Shown here in pieces: positions 1 to 9,221 of a stretch of 32,000 nt of DNA. The stretch covers positions 3,000,001-3,032,000 of the forward strand of contig NZ_CP074694.1 of the NCBI RefSeq assembly GCF_018398935.1. The letters run 5' to 3'. The translations under genes and the position numbers were made by a program. Source of the stretch: Telmatocola sphagniphila (GTDB taxonomy: Bacteria > Planctomycetota > Planctomycetia > Gemmatales > Gemmataceae). The notes beneath the pieces were generated by a model, which was not told where the DNA came from, searched no databases, and saw only the letters and a program-made list of their open reading frames with translations. How positions within the stretch are numbered: position 1 is the first letter of the stretch; every line of letters begins with the position of its first letter.

Positions 1-3000
1 TATATCTCCTTTCCGTTCTGGCTGCGCACGATCTGGGATACCTCACCCTGCCTCAGATGCTGGAGCGATTACGCAAAACATTTGCATCGATTCAAAAATT
101 GGAAAAGTATCGCGGCCATCTGTTGAATTGGTACGAAACCACAACGCTAGAGACTTTACAGCCTGGCTACGTCTCCACGGTCGACAGCGGGAATTTATTA
201 GCCTGTCTGCTGACGTTGAAGCAGGGCCTTTTAGAAAAAATGCGAACCCCGCCGCAGTCAACTCCCGAGGGACTACGAGATACCTGCGAACTGTTTCTGA
301 AAGCCCTTTCAGAGCCAGCGCATAACGATCCCAAATTGAAACAGCAGGCTGAGGAGTTGCGAAAAGCACTTTTAACGAAATTTAAACTCACCGAGATTCA
401 ATCTTCACTCGTTTCACTGCAATCGAAATCTCTTTCTAGTCATCCTGAGGCGGAAGTTTGGCTTTCTCGACTCTCCCAACAAGTGCAACAACAGTTGCTT
501 TTAGATCAACAGCCTACCGAGCAAAGTGTCGGGTGCCCCAAGGAAATGGCTGAGATCGCTGAAGAGGCCGAGCGATTAGCAAAGGGCATGGATTTTCGAT
601 TTCTTTATAATGCCGAGCGGGATCTCTTCAGCATTGGCTATAACTGCAACACGCAAAGATTAGACACTTCACATTACGATTTGCTCGCTTCAGAATCCTG
701 CATCGCCAGTTTTCTGGCGGTCGCTCGCGGTCAAGTCCCCAGAAAGCACTGGTTTCAATTAGGTAGGCTTTCAATGTATGCCGCGGGAGAGACCGGCTTG
801 ATCTCCTGGGGTGGTACGATGTTCGAGTATCTGATGCCCCGGATCCTTCTACCGGTACCGCAGGGAGTATTGCTCGATCGGGCACAACGCACGGCCGTCG
901 CCCGACAGATCGAGTTTGGTGCGGAAGAGAAACTACCCTGGGGTGTTTCCGAATCCGGATTTTATCTGCTTGATGCCGGTAAAATCTATCAGTACCAATC
1001 GTTCGGGGTTCCTGGTTTGGGTTTAAAAAGGGGCCTGGAAAAAGATCGGGTCGTGGCTCCCTATGCGACTCTGATGGCTGTGGACATCGATCCCCAGAAA
1101 GCGATCGCCAACCTGAAGGAGCTGAAAAAGTGGGGCGGCGAGGGCAAATTCGGTTACTACGAAGCATTGGATTTTTCTCCCCAGCGCATCCCGGAGGGGA
1201 GTAAATGTCGTGTCGTGAAATCCTATATGGCTCATCATCAGGGTATGGGATTGCTGGCCATTCTGAATCGGTTGACCCAGGGAGCGCTCCGTCGCCGATT
1301 CCAGGCGGAACCGGTCGTCCGCTCCGCGGAATTACTACTGCAGGAGCGGATTCCCAACGATTTTCCGATCTTCGAGCCGGAGGTTGCCACCGTCGAGGAC
1401 CAGCAACTTTCGACCTTCAACGCTCCTTCGCGACGGCGAATCACCACTCCGGATACTCCCGTTCCACGCACGCATCTTTTATCCAACGGCCTTTACACCG
1501 TAATGATCACCAACTCCGGCGCGGGTTTCAGCCGCTATGGCGATATAGATATCACTTTCTTCCGCGCCGATCGGACGACCGACGACTGCGGACAGGTTAT
1601 CTATTTGCGTGACCGCCGTTCCGGAAAAATCTGGTCCGTGGGCTATCAGCCGATCCGCAAAAAAACGTCCCATTATGAAGTCATCTTTTCGCTCGATAAG
1701 GCTGATATCCGCCAGTTTGATGACGGCATTGAGACGCATCTGGAAATCACCGTTCCCCCCGATCAGAACGTCGAGATTCGGCGACTATCGATAGCCAATC
1801 AATCGGCCCGGCAAGTCCGGTTGGATGCTACCAGCTATGCCGAGATTGTGCTCAATGATCATCGCGCTGACATGGCTCACCCGGTCTTTGGAAAGCTATT
1901 TCTGGAAACGGAATGGGTCCCGCAATACTGTGCCCTTCTATGCCAACGCCGGCCCCGTACTCCCAACCAGAAGACGGGCTGGGCCATGCACTTGCTGGTA
2001 TGCGACTCCGGCGCGGGTTCTCTCTCCTGGGATACCGACCGTCGCAAGTTTCTCGGTCGAAGACGCTCCACAACCGACGCCATTTCACTCGAGCCGGATT
2101 GGGAGGCACTCTCGGAGACTGCGGGCCCTGTACTCGACCCGATATTTTCGATCCGCCGGGAAGTTCGTTTGAAACCCGGGGAAAAGAAGACCCTCACCTT
2201 CGTGACCGGCTGGGCCGATTCGCGCGAAGCGGCTCTCACGCTCGCGGAACACTACCATTCCATGGCCTCCATCACGCGAGCCTTTGAACTCTCCTGGGCT
2301 CACTCGCGAATTGAACTGCAGCACAGTCAGCTTCGAGCCGAGGACGTTCATCTCTTCCAGCGCCTGGCAGGGCACTTAATTTATCCTGTCAGCCCGCTCC
2401 GCGCAAAATCTGAACTCATGATTACCAATCGCGAAGGCCAATCGGGGCTCTGGCGATTTGGTATTTCCGGCGATCTGCCAATTCTGCTTCTGCAGCTCCA
2501 CTCTCCCGCGGGGATGCCTATTGTTCGGCAACTTCTGCAGGCCCATTCGTTCTGGAACTCCAAAGGCTTGCGAATAGATCTTTTAATCTTCTGCGAAACG
2601 GCCAGCGGCTATCAGGATGATCTTTATTCGGAGGCAGTCAGTACTACCCGATCTATTGGGCTGGGGGACCGTATTGATCAACCGGCTGGTATTTTCATCC
2701 GTAAAGCGGCTCAAATGTCTCAGACGGATCGGACTCTACTGCTGACTTCCGCGCGGGTCGTTCTCAACGATGAAATTGGTCCGCTGGCCGAACAGATTGA
2801 CAATCCGGAACCTATTAAGCCGTTGCCGCCCAAGGCTTACTTTCCGCTGGCAGCCCCCAACCGCTACGGCGTTGTGGAATTGCCGCGTAAAATTCAATTT
2901 GGGAATGAAACGGGATGCTTCACTGGCGATGGGTTGGAATATCTCATCGCGCCGCGGGATGCTTCGCGTATTCCAACACTCCCCTGGAGTAACGTGATTG

Positions 3001-5360
3001 CCAATCCGAACGCGGGATTTCTCGTCACAGATTCCGGGAGTGGCTTCGCCTGGGCGGGTAACAGCCAGGCCAATCGGTTAACGCCCTGGAGTAACGATCC
3101 CGTCTCCGATCCCCCGGGAGAAATCATTTATCTACAATCGCAAAGCACAGGAAATATCTGGTGCCCTACTCCCCTTCCGATCCGTGATGGGGGTAACATC
3201 CTCGTCCGACATGGCCAGGGCTACTCCGCATTCGAGCGTGTGGTCAACGATGTCAGCCACGAATTGACCCTGTTCGTACCCAAAAGCGATCCAGTCAAAA
3301 TCAGCGTGTTGAAGCTGATTAATCAAGGGAATCGACCCGTTAAATTGAATGTCGTTTACTATCTTGAGTGGGTGCTGGGAACGAATCGCGAAATTACTAC
3401 CCCCTATATCATTTGCGAGCAGGATCCCGAAACCCAGGCTCTCTTCGCACGCAATGCTTTCACGGCCCATAACCAGGACCGGCTCGCCTTCGCGGCCTCG
3501 AATATGAAGGAACTATCGTTCACCGCCGATCGCACGGAATTTCTGGGGCGTAATGGCAGCGTGACTAACCCGATCTCCTTTCAACGAGAAAATCTCTCCG
3601 GACGAACCGGGCCCGGTCTCGATCCCTGCGCGGCCTTAAGAGGATCGGTAACTCTTGAGCCGAAAGGGGAGCAGGAAATCATCTTCCTGCTCGGCGAAGT
3701 GCAAGGCGAAAGCGAAGCCCGGAAAATCATTCAGAAATACCTCGACTCGGCTACCGCAGAACAAAGCCTGGAAGAAGTGGTTTCCCAATGGGATGACATC
3801 TGCGGTAAAATTCAGGTCCAGACGCCCGATCCGGCTTTCGATCTAATGATGAATCGTTGGTTAATTTACCAGACGCTCAGCTGTCGTTTTTGGGCCCGTT
3901 CGGCATTTTATCAGTCGGGCGGCGCGTACGGTTTCCGGGATCAACTGCAGGATGTTGTCGCCCTGATTCACTCCGCTCCGGAAATTACGAGAGCTCACAT
4001 TCTCAAGGCCGCCAGCCGGCAGTTTGTGGAAGGGGATGTTCAGCACTGGTGGCACGAACCCCAAGGCAATGGAGTTCGAACAACCTTCAGCGACGACTTT
4101 CTCTGGCTCGTCTACGTCAGCTGTCACTATGCCACTGTCACGGGGGATTTATCCCTGTTTCAGGAGGAAATATCATTCCTTCGCTCACCGGTGTTGAGCG
4201 AAACCGAACACGAGCGCTATGAAGTTCCCGAGAAATCGGATGAAAGCGCGCCGCTCTACGAGCACTGCAAACGGGCATTGGAGCATGGCTGGAAACTCGG
4301 CTCTCACGGGCTGCCGCTGATGGGCTGTGGCGATTGGAACGATGGGATGAGTTCCGTCGGCGTTAAAGGCAAGGGAGAAAGCATTTGGGTCGCCTGGTTT
4401 CAGATTTACTGCCACCGGGAATTCGCAAGGATTGCGGACCTTTGCGGGGATACCGAGACGGCCAAGTTAAGTCGCCAGCGAATGTCCCAGTTGCAGGCGG
4501 CCGTGGAGTCTCAAGGATACGATGGCGACTGGTACCTGCGAGCCTATTTCGACGATGGTACAGCCCTCGGCTCCCATAAGAACGACGAGTGTCAACTCGA
4601 TTCCATCGTACAATCCTGGGCCGTGATTAGTGAAGCGGCCGATAAGGAAAGGGCCGAAAAGGGTATGGCCGCCGTACTAGCGCAGTTGGTCCGGTTATCG
4701 GATCGCTTGGTAGAACTTTTCAAACCCCCCTTCGATAGGGGACCACTCCAACCGGGCTATATCAAGGGATACGTTCCCGGCGTTCGAGAAAATGGCGGCC
4801 AGTACAATCACGCGGTAACCTGGGTGATCAAGGCCTTGGCCAAGCTGAGACGCAACAAGGACGCATACGATATTTTCAACCTATTGAACCCGGTGCGTTC
4901 CACGACCACACCCGAAGCTGTAACACGTTACGGAGGAGAGCCTTATGTCATCGCTGCGGACGTCTACAGCTGTCCGCCTCACGTGGGGCGAGTCGGCTGG
5001 ACTTGGTACACCGGTTCGGCAGCCTGGTATTATCGAGTCGGTTTGGAAGACATACTGGGATTGAATCGCACGGGAGACGAACTTCGCCTGAATCCTTGCT
5101 TACCCGAGGATTGGCCAGAGGTTTCGATCAGCTATTATTTTGGCAAAACGCTCTATCGAATTCAGATCGACAATCGCAATCATCAGCCCGGAAGTACAGT
5201 ACGACTTTCGCTGGATGGTCTTGAGCTGCCGGAGTTGACAATACCACTTCGGGAAGATGGCGAGACTCATGAAGTGCTCCTCAGTTATCGCAAGGCGATT
5301 GCAAAACAGGAGACCGTGGGAGTTGGAAGTTTCAAATCGCCCAGCGTGAAGCTCCAATAG
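1..5360 (+). CDS. ndvB: Cyclic beta-1,2-glucan synthase-like protein, GH94 (cellobiose/chitobiose phosphorylase-type) region; 5' end lies outside the window
   Basis: ORF 57..5360 stays open in the same frame back to nt 3 (YLLSVLAAHDLGYLTLPQ precedes the first Met), so the gene is cut by the window edge. GH94-type motifs are present: SGGAYGFRDQLQD, HWWH, GCGDWNDGMS, RENGGQYNHAVTW, YTGSAAWYY. Very large size (>1767 aa visible). Confidence 0.8.
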   Translation, partial: YLLSVLAAHDLGYLTLPQMLERLRKTFASIQKLEKYRGHLLNWYETTTLETLQPGYVSTVDSGNLLACLLTLKQGLLEKMRTPPQSTPEGLRDTCELFLKALSEPAHNDPKLKQQAEELRKALLTKFKLTEIQSSLVSLQSKSLSSHPEAEVWLSRLSQQVQQQLLLDQQPTEQSVGCPKEMAEIAEEAERLAKGMDFRFLYNAERDLFSIGYNCNTQRLDTSHYDLLASESCIASFLAVARGQVPRKHWFQLGRLSMYAAGETGLISWGGTMFEYLMPRILLPVPQGVLLDRAQRTAVARQIEFGAEEKLPWGVSESGFYLLDAGKIYQYQSFGVPGLGLKRGLEKDRVVAPYATLMAVDIDPQKAIANLKELKKWGGEGKFGYYEALDFSPQRIPEGSKCRVVKSYMAHHQGMGLLAILNRLTQGALRRRFQAEPVVRSAELLLQERIPNDFPIFEPEVATVEDQQLSTFNAPSRRRITTPDTPVPRTHLLSNGLYTVMITNSGAGFSRYGDIDITFFRADRTTDDCGQVIYLRDRRSGKIWSVGYQPIRKKTSHYEVIFSLDKADIRQFDDGIETHLEITVPPDQNVEIRRLSIANQSARQVRLDATSYAEIVLNDHRADMAHPVFGKLFLETEWVPQYCALLCQRRPRTPNQKTGWAMHLLVCDSGAGSLSWDTDRRKFLGRRRSTTDAISLEPDWEALSETAGPVLDPIFSIRREVRLKPGEKKTLTFVTGWADSREAALTLAEHYHSMASITRAFELSWAHSRIELQHSQLRAEDVHLFQRLAGHLIYPVSPLRAKSELMITNREGQSGLWRFGISGDLPILLLQLHSPAGMPIVRQLLQAHSFWNSKGLRIDLLIFCETASGYQDDLYSEAVSTTRSIGLGDRIDQPAGIFIRKAAQMSQTDRTLLLTSARVVLNDEIGPLAEQIDNPEPIKPLPPKAYFPLAAPNRYGVVELPRKIQFGNETGCFTGDGLEYLIAPRDASRIPTLPWSNVIANPNAGFLVTDSGSGFAWAGNSQANRLTPWSNDPVSDPPGEIIYLQSQSTGNIWCPTPLPIRDGGNILVRHGQGYSAFERVVNDVSHELTLFVPKSDPVKISVLKLINQGNRPVKLNVVYYLEWVLGTNREITTPYIICEQDPETQALFARNAFTAHNQDRLAFAASNMKELSFTADRTEFLGRNGSVTNPISFQRENLSGRTGPGLDPCAALRGSVTLEPKGEQEIIFLLGEVQGESEARKIIQKYLDSATAEQSLEEVVSQWDDICGKIQVQTPDPAFDLMMNRWLIYQTLSCRFWARSAFYQSGGAYGFRDQLQDVVALIHSAPEITRAHILKAASRQFVEGDVQHWWHEPQGNGVRTTFSDDFLWLVYVSCHYATVTGDLSLFQEEISFLRSPVLSETEHERYEVPEKSDESAPLYEHCKRALEHGWKLGSHGLPLMGCGDWNDGMSSVGVKGKGESIWVAWFQIYCHREFARIADLCGDTETAKLSRQRMSQLQAAVESQGYDGDWYLRAYFDDGTALGSHKNDECQLDSIVQSWAVISEAADKERAEKGMAAVLAQLVRLSDRLVELFKPPFDRGPLQPGYIKGYVPGVRENGGQYNHAVTWVIKALAKLRRNKDAYDIFNLLNPVRSTTTPEAVTRYGGEPYVIAADVYSCPPHVGRVGWTWYTGSAAWYYRVGLEDILGLNRTGDELRLNPCLPEDWPEVSISYYFGKTLYRIQIDNRNHQPGSTVRLSLDGLELPELTIPLREDGETHEVLLSYRKAIAKQETVGVGSFKSPSVKLQ

Positions 5361-5395
5361 CTTTGGTAAGCATTTGCAGCAGCGGCGGCATTGAA

Positions 5396-5468
5396 ATTGC
5401 ATGCAAGTACCTTATCCAAAACTTTCTGAAAGCTACTTCAATTTTCAGAATCTGCTATTGCATGCAAT
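5396..5468. promoter_or_regulatory. Candidate operator pair in the dps upstream region: ATTGCATGCAAG (5396-5407) and the perfect palindrome ATTGCATGCAAT (5457-5468), with inverted repeat TTCTGAAA/TTTCAGAA (5424-5431 / 5443-5450) between them
   Basis: Read directly from the sequence. The second palindrome ends 13 nt before the dps ATG and abuts the AGGAG RBS. Confidence 0.4.
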
Positions 5469-5481
5469 TTAGGAGTCGACC

Positions 5482-5970
5482 ATGAGCAAAATCACGATGC
5501 ACGAAACCACTTCTCGGATAAAAGTGGAAAATCGGGAAGAGCTGATCGAGTTGCTGAATCAGCAACTGGCGAATCTTTCCGATCTCTATTCCCAGACGAA
5601 ATTCGCACACTGGAACGTTAAGGGAGCCAATTTCATTGCCGTGCACAAGCTATTCGACAAACTGGCTGAAGAAGTCGAAGACGCCATCGATGAAGTCGCC
5701 GAACGAGCCGCGGCCTTAGGGGGCTTGGCCAAAGGCACTTCTCGCATGGTTGCGGAATTCTCCCAACTAGGCGAATTTCCAGAAGGAACCACCGATTGTA
5801 TGTCGGTTCTGGAAGTTGTTTCCGAGGCCTATGCGAATGTGGGAAACCGTATGCGCGAGGCTGTTACCCAAGCCGATGAATTGAAGGATGCCAACACAAC
5901 CGACCTGTTAACACAAGTCTCGCGAATGCTGGACGAATCCCTGTATTTCCTGGAATCTCATGGCGTATGA
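5482..5970 (+). CDS. dps: Dps (DNA starvation/stationary-phase protection protein, ferritin-like)
   Basis: 162 aa. Dps-type motifs KFAHWNVKG.NFIAVHKLFD and EEVEDAIDEVAERAAALGG. AGGAG RBS lies 7 nt upstream of the ATG. Confidence 0.9.
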   Translation: MSKITMHETTSRIKVENREELIELLNQQLANLSDLYSQTKFAHWNVKGANFIAVHKLFDKLAEEVEDAIDEVAERAAALGGLAKGTSRMVAEFSQLGEFPEGTTDCMSVLEVVSEAYANVGNRMREAVTQADELKDANTTDLLTQVSRMLDESLYFLESHGV

Positions 5971-5986
5971 ACTCATTTCAAAGCAT

Positions 5987-6002
5987 TGGCACACAAAGTG
6001 CG
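5987..6002 (+). promoter_or_regulatory. Sigma-54-type -24/-12 promoter motif TGGCACACAAAGTGCG
   Basis: GG (5988-89) - N10 - GC (6000-01). TGGCAC matches the -24 consensus. The site is intergenic, 17 nt after the dps stop and 55 nt before the ATG at 6056. Confidence 0.45.
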
Positions 6003-6055
6003 ATTTAAGTAATATCTTCGACAAAACGAATTGTTCGAATTTCAGGAGAATAAAG

Positions 6056-6283
6056 ATGTCTGAGACAACTCATCGCATTAAAGAGAAGATCACGGAAGCG
6101 GCCAACAAGGCGAAGGAATTGGGTCGTGAAGCCGTGGATACCAGTGTGGAAGTAGGCGAAAAGATCGGCGACAGAGCGGAAGAGCTTGCCGAAAAAGCAA
6201 AGCATCGCGCTCAGGAAGCGACCCACAAAGTGGGTGAGCACATCGAAGAAAGCGGTAAAAAAATCAAAAAGTCCGGATCTTGA
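6056..6283 (+). CDS. Small hydrophilic, helical, Lys/Glu-rich stress-type protein (LEA/YtxH/CsbD-like in composition)
   Basis: ATG at 6056 is preceded by AGGAG (6044-6048). The 75-aa product has a low-complexity charged helical sequence. The longer ORF from 5960 overlaps the dps stop and has no RBS. Confidence 0.55.
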   Translation: MSETTHRIKEKITEAANKAKELGREAVDTSVEVGEKIGDRAEELAEKAKHRAQEATHKVGEHIEESGKKIKKSGS

Positions 6284-6343
6284 TCCTAGACTCCAGGCAA
6301 ATTAATTTTTACTCTCCAGGGGTTGGGCTTGAGGGTTTGAACG

Positions 6344-6370
6344 TCGGTTTCTTCAAAGGAAACCGATTTT
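6344..6370 (+). terminator. Rho-independent terminator candidate
   Basis: Stem TCGGTTTC (6344-51) / GAAACCGA (6359-66), 7-nt loop, followed by TTTT. Confidence 0.55.
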
Positions 6371-6414
6371 CAGATTCTTAAGTTCAACCCTTTATTCTTT
6401 TGAGGAATCTCGCC

Positions 6415-7218
6415 ATGCCAACCGCAACGATTAAAGAACGAAACTTGCAGATCGCTTACCAGGACCTGGGAAGCGGAATTCCCCTCGTATTGCTTCATGC
6501 GTTCCCGCTCGATAGCGAGATGTGGTTCTACCAGTTGGAGGATCTATCGCGGGATTTTCGGGTAATCGCGCCCGATCTTCCGGGTTTTGGTAACTCCGAC
6601 GATCCTACATCCGCTGCGACCGTAGATGTGACCGCGGATCTGATCGCCGATTTTCTGGATGTGATCGATGTAAAGGGGACCATTAATTTGTGCGGCATTT
6701 CCATGGGAGGTTACATAGCCTTGGCATTCGCACGCCGTCAACCTCAACGCTTGCATACCCTGATTTTAGTGGATACCAAAGCGGAGGCGGACGACGAAAA
6801 AGCTTTGGCCAATCGAACTAAAATGGCCGAACTCGCCCGGGAGCAAGGTCCTTCGGCAGTGATCTCCACCATGCTTCCCAATCTGTTGGGAAAGTCGACG
6901 CAAGAGGAAAATAAAATGGTCGTCGACAAGATTCAAGCAATCGGAAAGAGACAGAAAACTTCGGCGATAGTACGCGGATTGCAAATGCTGCGCGAACGGC
7001 CAGATGCCAATCCCGAGTTATCGCGCATCACCGTGCCCACGCTTGTAATGGTGGGCGACCAGGATGTCATAACTCCTCAGCACTGTTCGCAAAACTTGGT
7101 CGATAAAATCGAATTGGCAAAATTGGATCTTATACCGAATGCGGGACATCTCTGCCCGGTGGAGGCACCGCAGGACTTTAATGCAGCGATACGGGAGTTT
7201 CTAAAACGCAGACTTTAA
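6415..7218 (+). CDS. Alpha/beta-fold hydrolase (3-oxoadipate enol-lactonase-like family)
   Basis: HAFPLD oxyanion-region motif, nucleophile elbow GISMGG (G-x-S-x-G), C-terminal NAGHLCPVE. ATG at 6415; the track's start at 6400 is a TTG. Confidence 0.85.
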   Translation: MPTATIKERNLQIAYQDLGSGIPLVLLHAFPLDSEMWFYQLEDLSRDFRVIAPDLPGFGNSDDPTSAATVDVTADLIADFLDVIDVKGTINLCGISMGGYIALAFARRQPQRLHTLILVDTKAEADDEKALANRTKMAELAREQGPSAVISTMLPNLLGKSTQEENKMVVDKIQAIGKRQKTSAIVRGLQMLRERPDANPELSRITVPTLVMVGDQDVITPQHCSQNLVDKIELAKLDLIPNAGHLCPVEAPQDFNAAIREFLKRRL

Positions 7219-7230
7219 TTTCTTAACATT

Positions 7231-7246
7231 TGGCACAATGATTGCC
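7231..7246 (+). promoter_or_regulatory. Sigma-54-type -24/-12 promoter motif TGGCACAATGATTGCC
   Basis: GG (7232-33) - N10 - GC (7244-45). Strong match to TGGCAC-N5-TTGC. The site is 13 nt after the hydrolase stop and about 68 nt before the ATG at 7314. Confidence 0.55.
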
Positions 7247-7313
7247 CTGTTAGACTTTCAACTTGAAACAAGTTGAATTTTAAAGTCACCCCACACCTGC
7301 TATGGAGTCAAAA

Positions 7314-7748
7314 ATGAAGGTAATTTATTCTGCTATCGCTTTGGCCAGTTTGTCGGTACTACCTCTGGCTTGTAATGAAAGTCAAAAAGGGGGCGTTGTA
7401 AACAGCAATCGCGAAGGAACGGGAACCCGCGAAACTTTTACGATTAAAGCTCCTTCGGGAACCACCTCAATCAAGCAAGGCGACAAGCAAACCGTAAAGA
7501 TCAGCCTGGATCGGGCTTCGAACTTCAAACAGAGCGTCAAGCTCGAAGCAACTGCACCCAAAGGCATTAAAGTGGAGCCGAGCTCCATCACGATTCAGGC
7601 CTCCGACGGTGCGGAAACCAGTGTGGCAATCGAAGTGGATCGCGATGCCGCTTTAGGCGAACAGATCGTTAAGATTACTGGTACACCCGCTAGTGGTGCG
7701 GCTACCTCGGTAGATGTGAAAATCAAAGTAGAAGAAAACAAGAAGTAA
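7314..7748 (+). CDS. Secreted protein or lipoprotein of unknown function (predicted beta-sandwich-like)
   Basis: N-terminal signal peptide MKVIYSAIALASLSVLPLAC with Cys after the hydrophobic core (imperfect lipobox). GGAG lies 6 nt upstream of the ATG at 7314. Confidence 0.6.
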   Translation: MKVIYSAIALASLSVLPLACNESQKGGVVNSNREGTGTRETFTIKAPSGTTSIKQGDKQTVKISLDRASNFKQSVKLEATAPKGIKVEPSSITIQASDGAETSVAIEVDRDAALGEQIVKITGTPASGAATSVDVKIKVEENKK

Positions 7749-7777
7749 TCACTCTATCCGTCCGACTCCAAACCGGA

Positions 7778-7793
7778 CGGTGATGTCCTTGCG
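7778..7793 (+). promoter_or_regulatory. Weak sigma-54-type motif CGGTGATGTCCTTGCG
   Basis: GG (7779-80) - N10 - GC (7791-92) with a TTGC -12 element, but poor -24 flanks. Overlaps the right arm of hairpin CCGTCCG/CGGACGG (7758-64 / 7774-80). Lies 54 nt before the ATG at 7846. Confidence 0.25.
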
Positions 7794-7845
7794 TTTAAAT
7801 GTGTCGATCTTTTTAATACGGATTCCCACTCGGAGGGGATTTACC

Positions 7846-8016
7846 ATGTTACATTATGCATTACTATTTCTGATTTTAGCTCTCGTAGCCGGAGCCTTCG
7901 GTTTTGGATTGGTTGCAGGTACGGCGATCGTGGCGGCGAAATATCTCTTCTTCGCATTCCTGGTTCTGGCCGTGATCTCGCTGCTGACTGGCCGAAGCAC
8001 TCGGGCTATTGATTAA
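7846..8016 (+). CDS. DUF1328/UPF0391 family small membrane protein (E. coli YtjA-like)
   Basis: 56-aa product MLHYALLFLILALVAGAFGFGLVAGTAIVAAKYLFFAFLVLAVISLL matches the family pattern as recalled. GGAGGGG RBS lies upstream of the ATG at 7846. Confidence 0.8.
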   Translation: MLHYALLFLILALVAGAFGFGLVAGTAIVAAKYLFFAFLVLAVISLLTGRSTRAID

Positions 8017-8134
8017 ATCTGTGTGACCGCTTATATCCGAGGATTGCGATTGACTAATTCCAATCCTCATTCATTATCCATTTCTATACAATTTCGCTCC
8101 TCCATTTTTTATATCGCAACACTATTTTCTCTAC

Positions 8135-8150
8135 CGGCATGAGTCTTGCA
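8135..8150 (+). promoter_or_regulatory. Sigma-54-type -24/-12 promoter motif CGGCATGAGTCTTGCA
   Basis: GG (8136-37) - N10 - GC (8148-49) with a full TTGCA -12 element. Lies 35 nt before the ATG at 8185. Confidence 0.5.
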
Positions 8151-8184
8151 TATTATCTTCTATTCAACGACATAGGAGGTACTC

Positions 8185-8619
8185 ATGTCACGCATACAAG
8201 ACACGAATGGCGTCATTACTAAAGATATAACAGATCAACCGACGCTTACGGAATTAGTATCTGGAATCGTACAAGACACGCAAACTCTCTTCCGGCAGCA
8301 ATTCGAAATGTTGCGAGCCGAGCTCAGAACTGAAGTCACTAAAGCGACTAACGCCGCTCAGTATATTGGAATAGGTTCTGGCATATTTATCCTAGGCTCG
8401 ATCGCATTCGTTTTCGGAATCGCCTACTTGATCAATGCCCTGATTCCTCAAATTCCGCTTTGGGGTTCGTTTGGCATCGTCGGAATCGCTTTGATGATCG
8501 GCGGTTGCCTGGCATTTGAATTAGGACGCAGGTCCTTGAAATCCGTATCCACCGTGCCCGATAAAACTCTAAATGCTCTTCAGGAGAATGTCACATGGCT
8601 GACGAAACACCAGAATTAA
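8185..8619 (+). CDS. DUF1469 / Holin-X (Phage_holin_3_6) family membrane protein, YqjE-like
   Basis: N-terminal amphipathic helix (LFRQQFEMLRAELRTE) followed by two long TM segments. GGAGG RBS. Overlaps the next gene by 25 nt. Confidence 0.6.
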   Translation: MSRIQDTNGVITKDITDQPTLTELVSGIVQDTQTLFRQQFEMLRAELRTEVTKATNAAQYIGIGSGIFILGSIAFVFGIAYLINALIPQIPLWGSFGIVGIALMIGGCLAFELGRRSLKSVSTVPDKTLNALQENVTWLTKHQN

Positions 8620-9185
8620 TCGAGTCTCAAATGGAAATGACCCGCGCATCCATTACCGATAAAGTCGCTGCTCTCGAACAGACGGTTAAAGGGACCTTAG
8701 AATCCGCGACGACTGCGGTGCAGGATACCGTTCACACGATTGAAGATTCAGTGAGCACGGCTGCCGAAGCCATTCGCGATTCTCTGGATCCCAGACCGTA
8801 TATTCAGGAGCATCCCTGGTCTTCTGTGGGAACCGCCGCCGCTCTAGGCTTCATTACCGCGTTGTGCGTTTTTCGCGGGAAGCGACCGGTAGCCCAGTCG
8901 AATCCACCGCAGACTTACACTCGGCCCTCCGCAGTCCGATCCGAAACTGTGGAATCCGCGCCCGCTCCACGGCATCAAAACATCGTTCTGGAACGCTTAT
9001 GGGAGCGAGTGAATACGGAGATTGAAAAAATAACGGACAAAGCGATCTCTACGCTTTCGGGAACGCTGCAAAAGGCCATTGATGACGGAGTTCCCCGCGT
9101 TGTCGACAAACTCGTCGAAACAACGCTGCCCGAAACTTCCCATGCTTACGGCACGAATGGATTTGGCCGACGGGTCAATTTTTAA
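8595..9185 (+). CDS. DUF883 (ElaB/YqjD)-like membrane-anchored protein with a C-terminal extension
   Basis: Helical N-terminal region, then the DUF883-type anchor motif EHPWSSVGTAAALGFITALCVFRGKR, plus about 100 extra residues. AGGAG RBS lies 9 nt upstream of the ATG. Confidence 0.55.
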   Translation: MADETPELIESQMEMTRASITDKVAALEQTVKGTLESATTAVQDTVHTIEDSVSTAAEAIRDSLDPRPYIQEHPWSSVGTAAALGFITALCVFRGKRPVAQSNPPQTYTRPSAVRSETVESAPAPRHQNIVLERLWERVNTEIEKITDKAISTLSGTLQKAIDDGVPRVVDKLVETTLPETSHAYGTNGFGRRVNF

Positions 9186-9221
9186 CAGGCGAATTTTACC
9201 AGAACTGCTCACTATCCCAAT

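Noticed and set aside
628-1167. The 179-aa minus-strand ORF, and many other 60-135-aa ORFs on both strands, inside 57..5360
   Set aside because: They lie entirely within the long GH94 gene with its clear family motifs. Their translations are Arg/Pro/Ser-rich and low-complexity, typical of shadow ORFs in GC-moderate DNA. They have no RBS.
5364-5378. A sigma-54-like sequence TGGTAAGCATTTGCA just downstream of the glucan synthase stop and upstream of dps
   Set aside because: The GG (5365-66) to GC (5376-77) spacing is 9 nt, not the 10 nt that RpoN promoters require. I did not count it with the other six motifs.
5960-6055. N-terminal extension of the small hydrophilic protein ORF (start at 5960)
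   Set aside because: It would overlap the dps stop and contain the sigma-54-type motif. The AGGAG RBS sits in front of the internal ATG at 6056.
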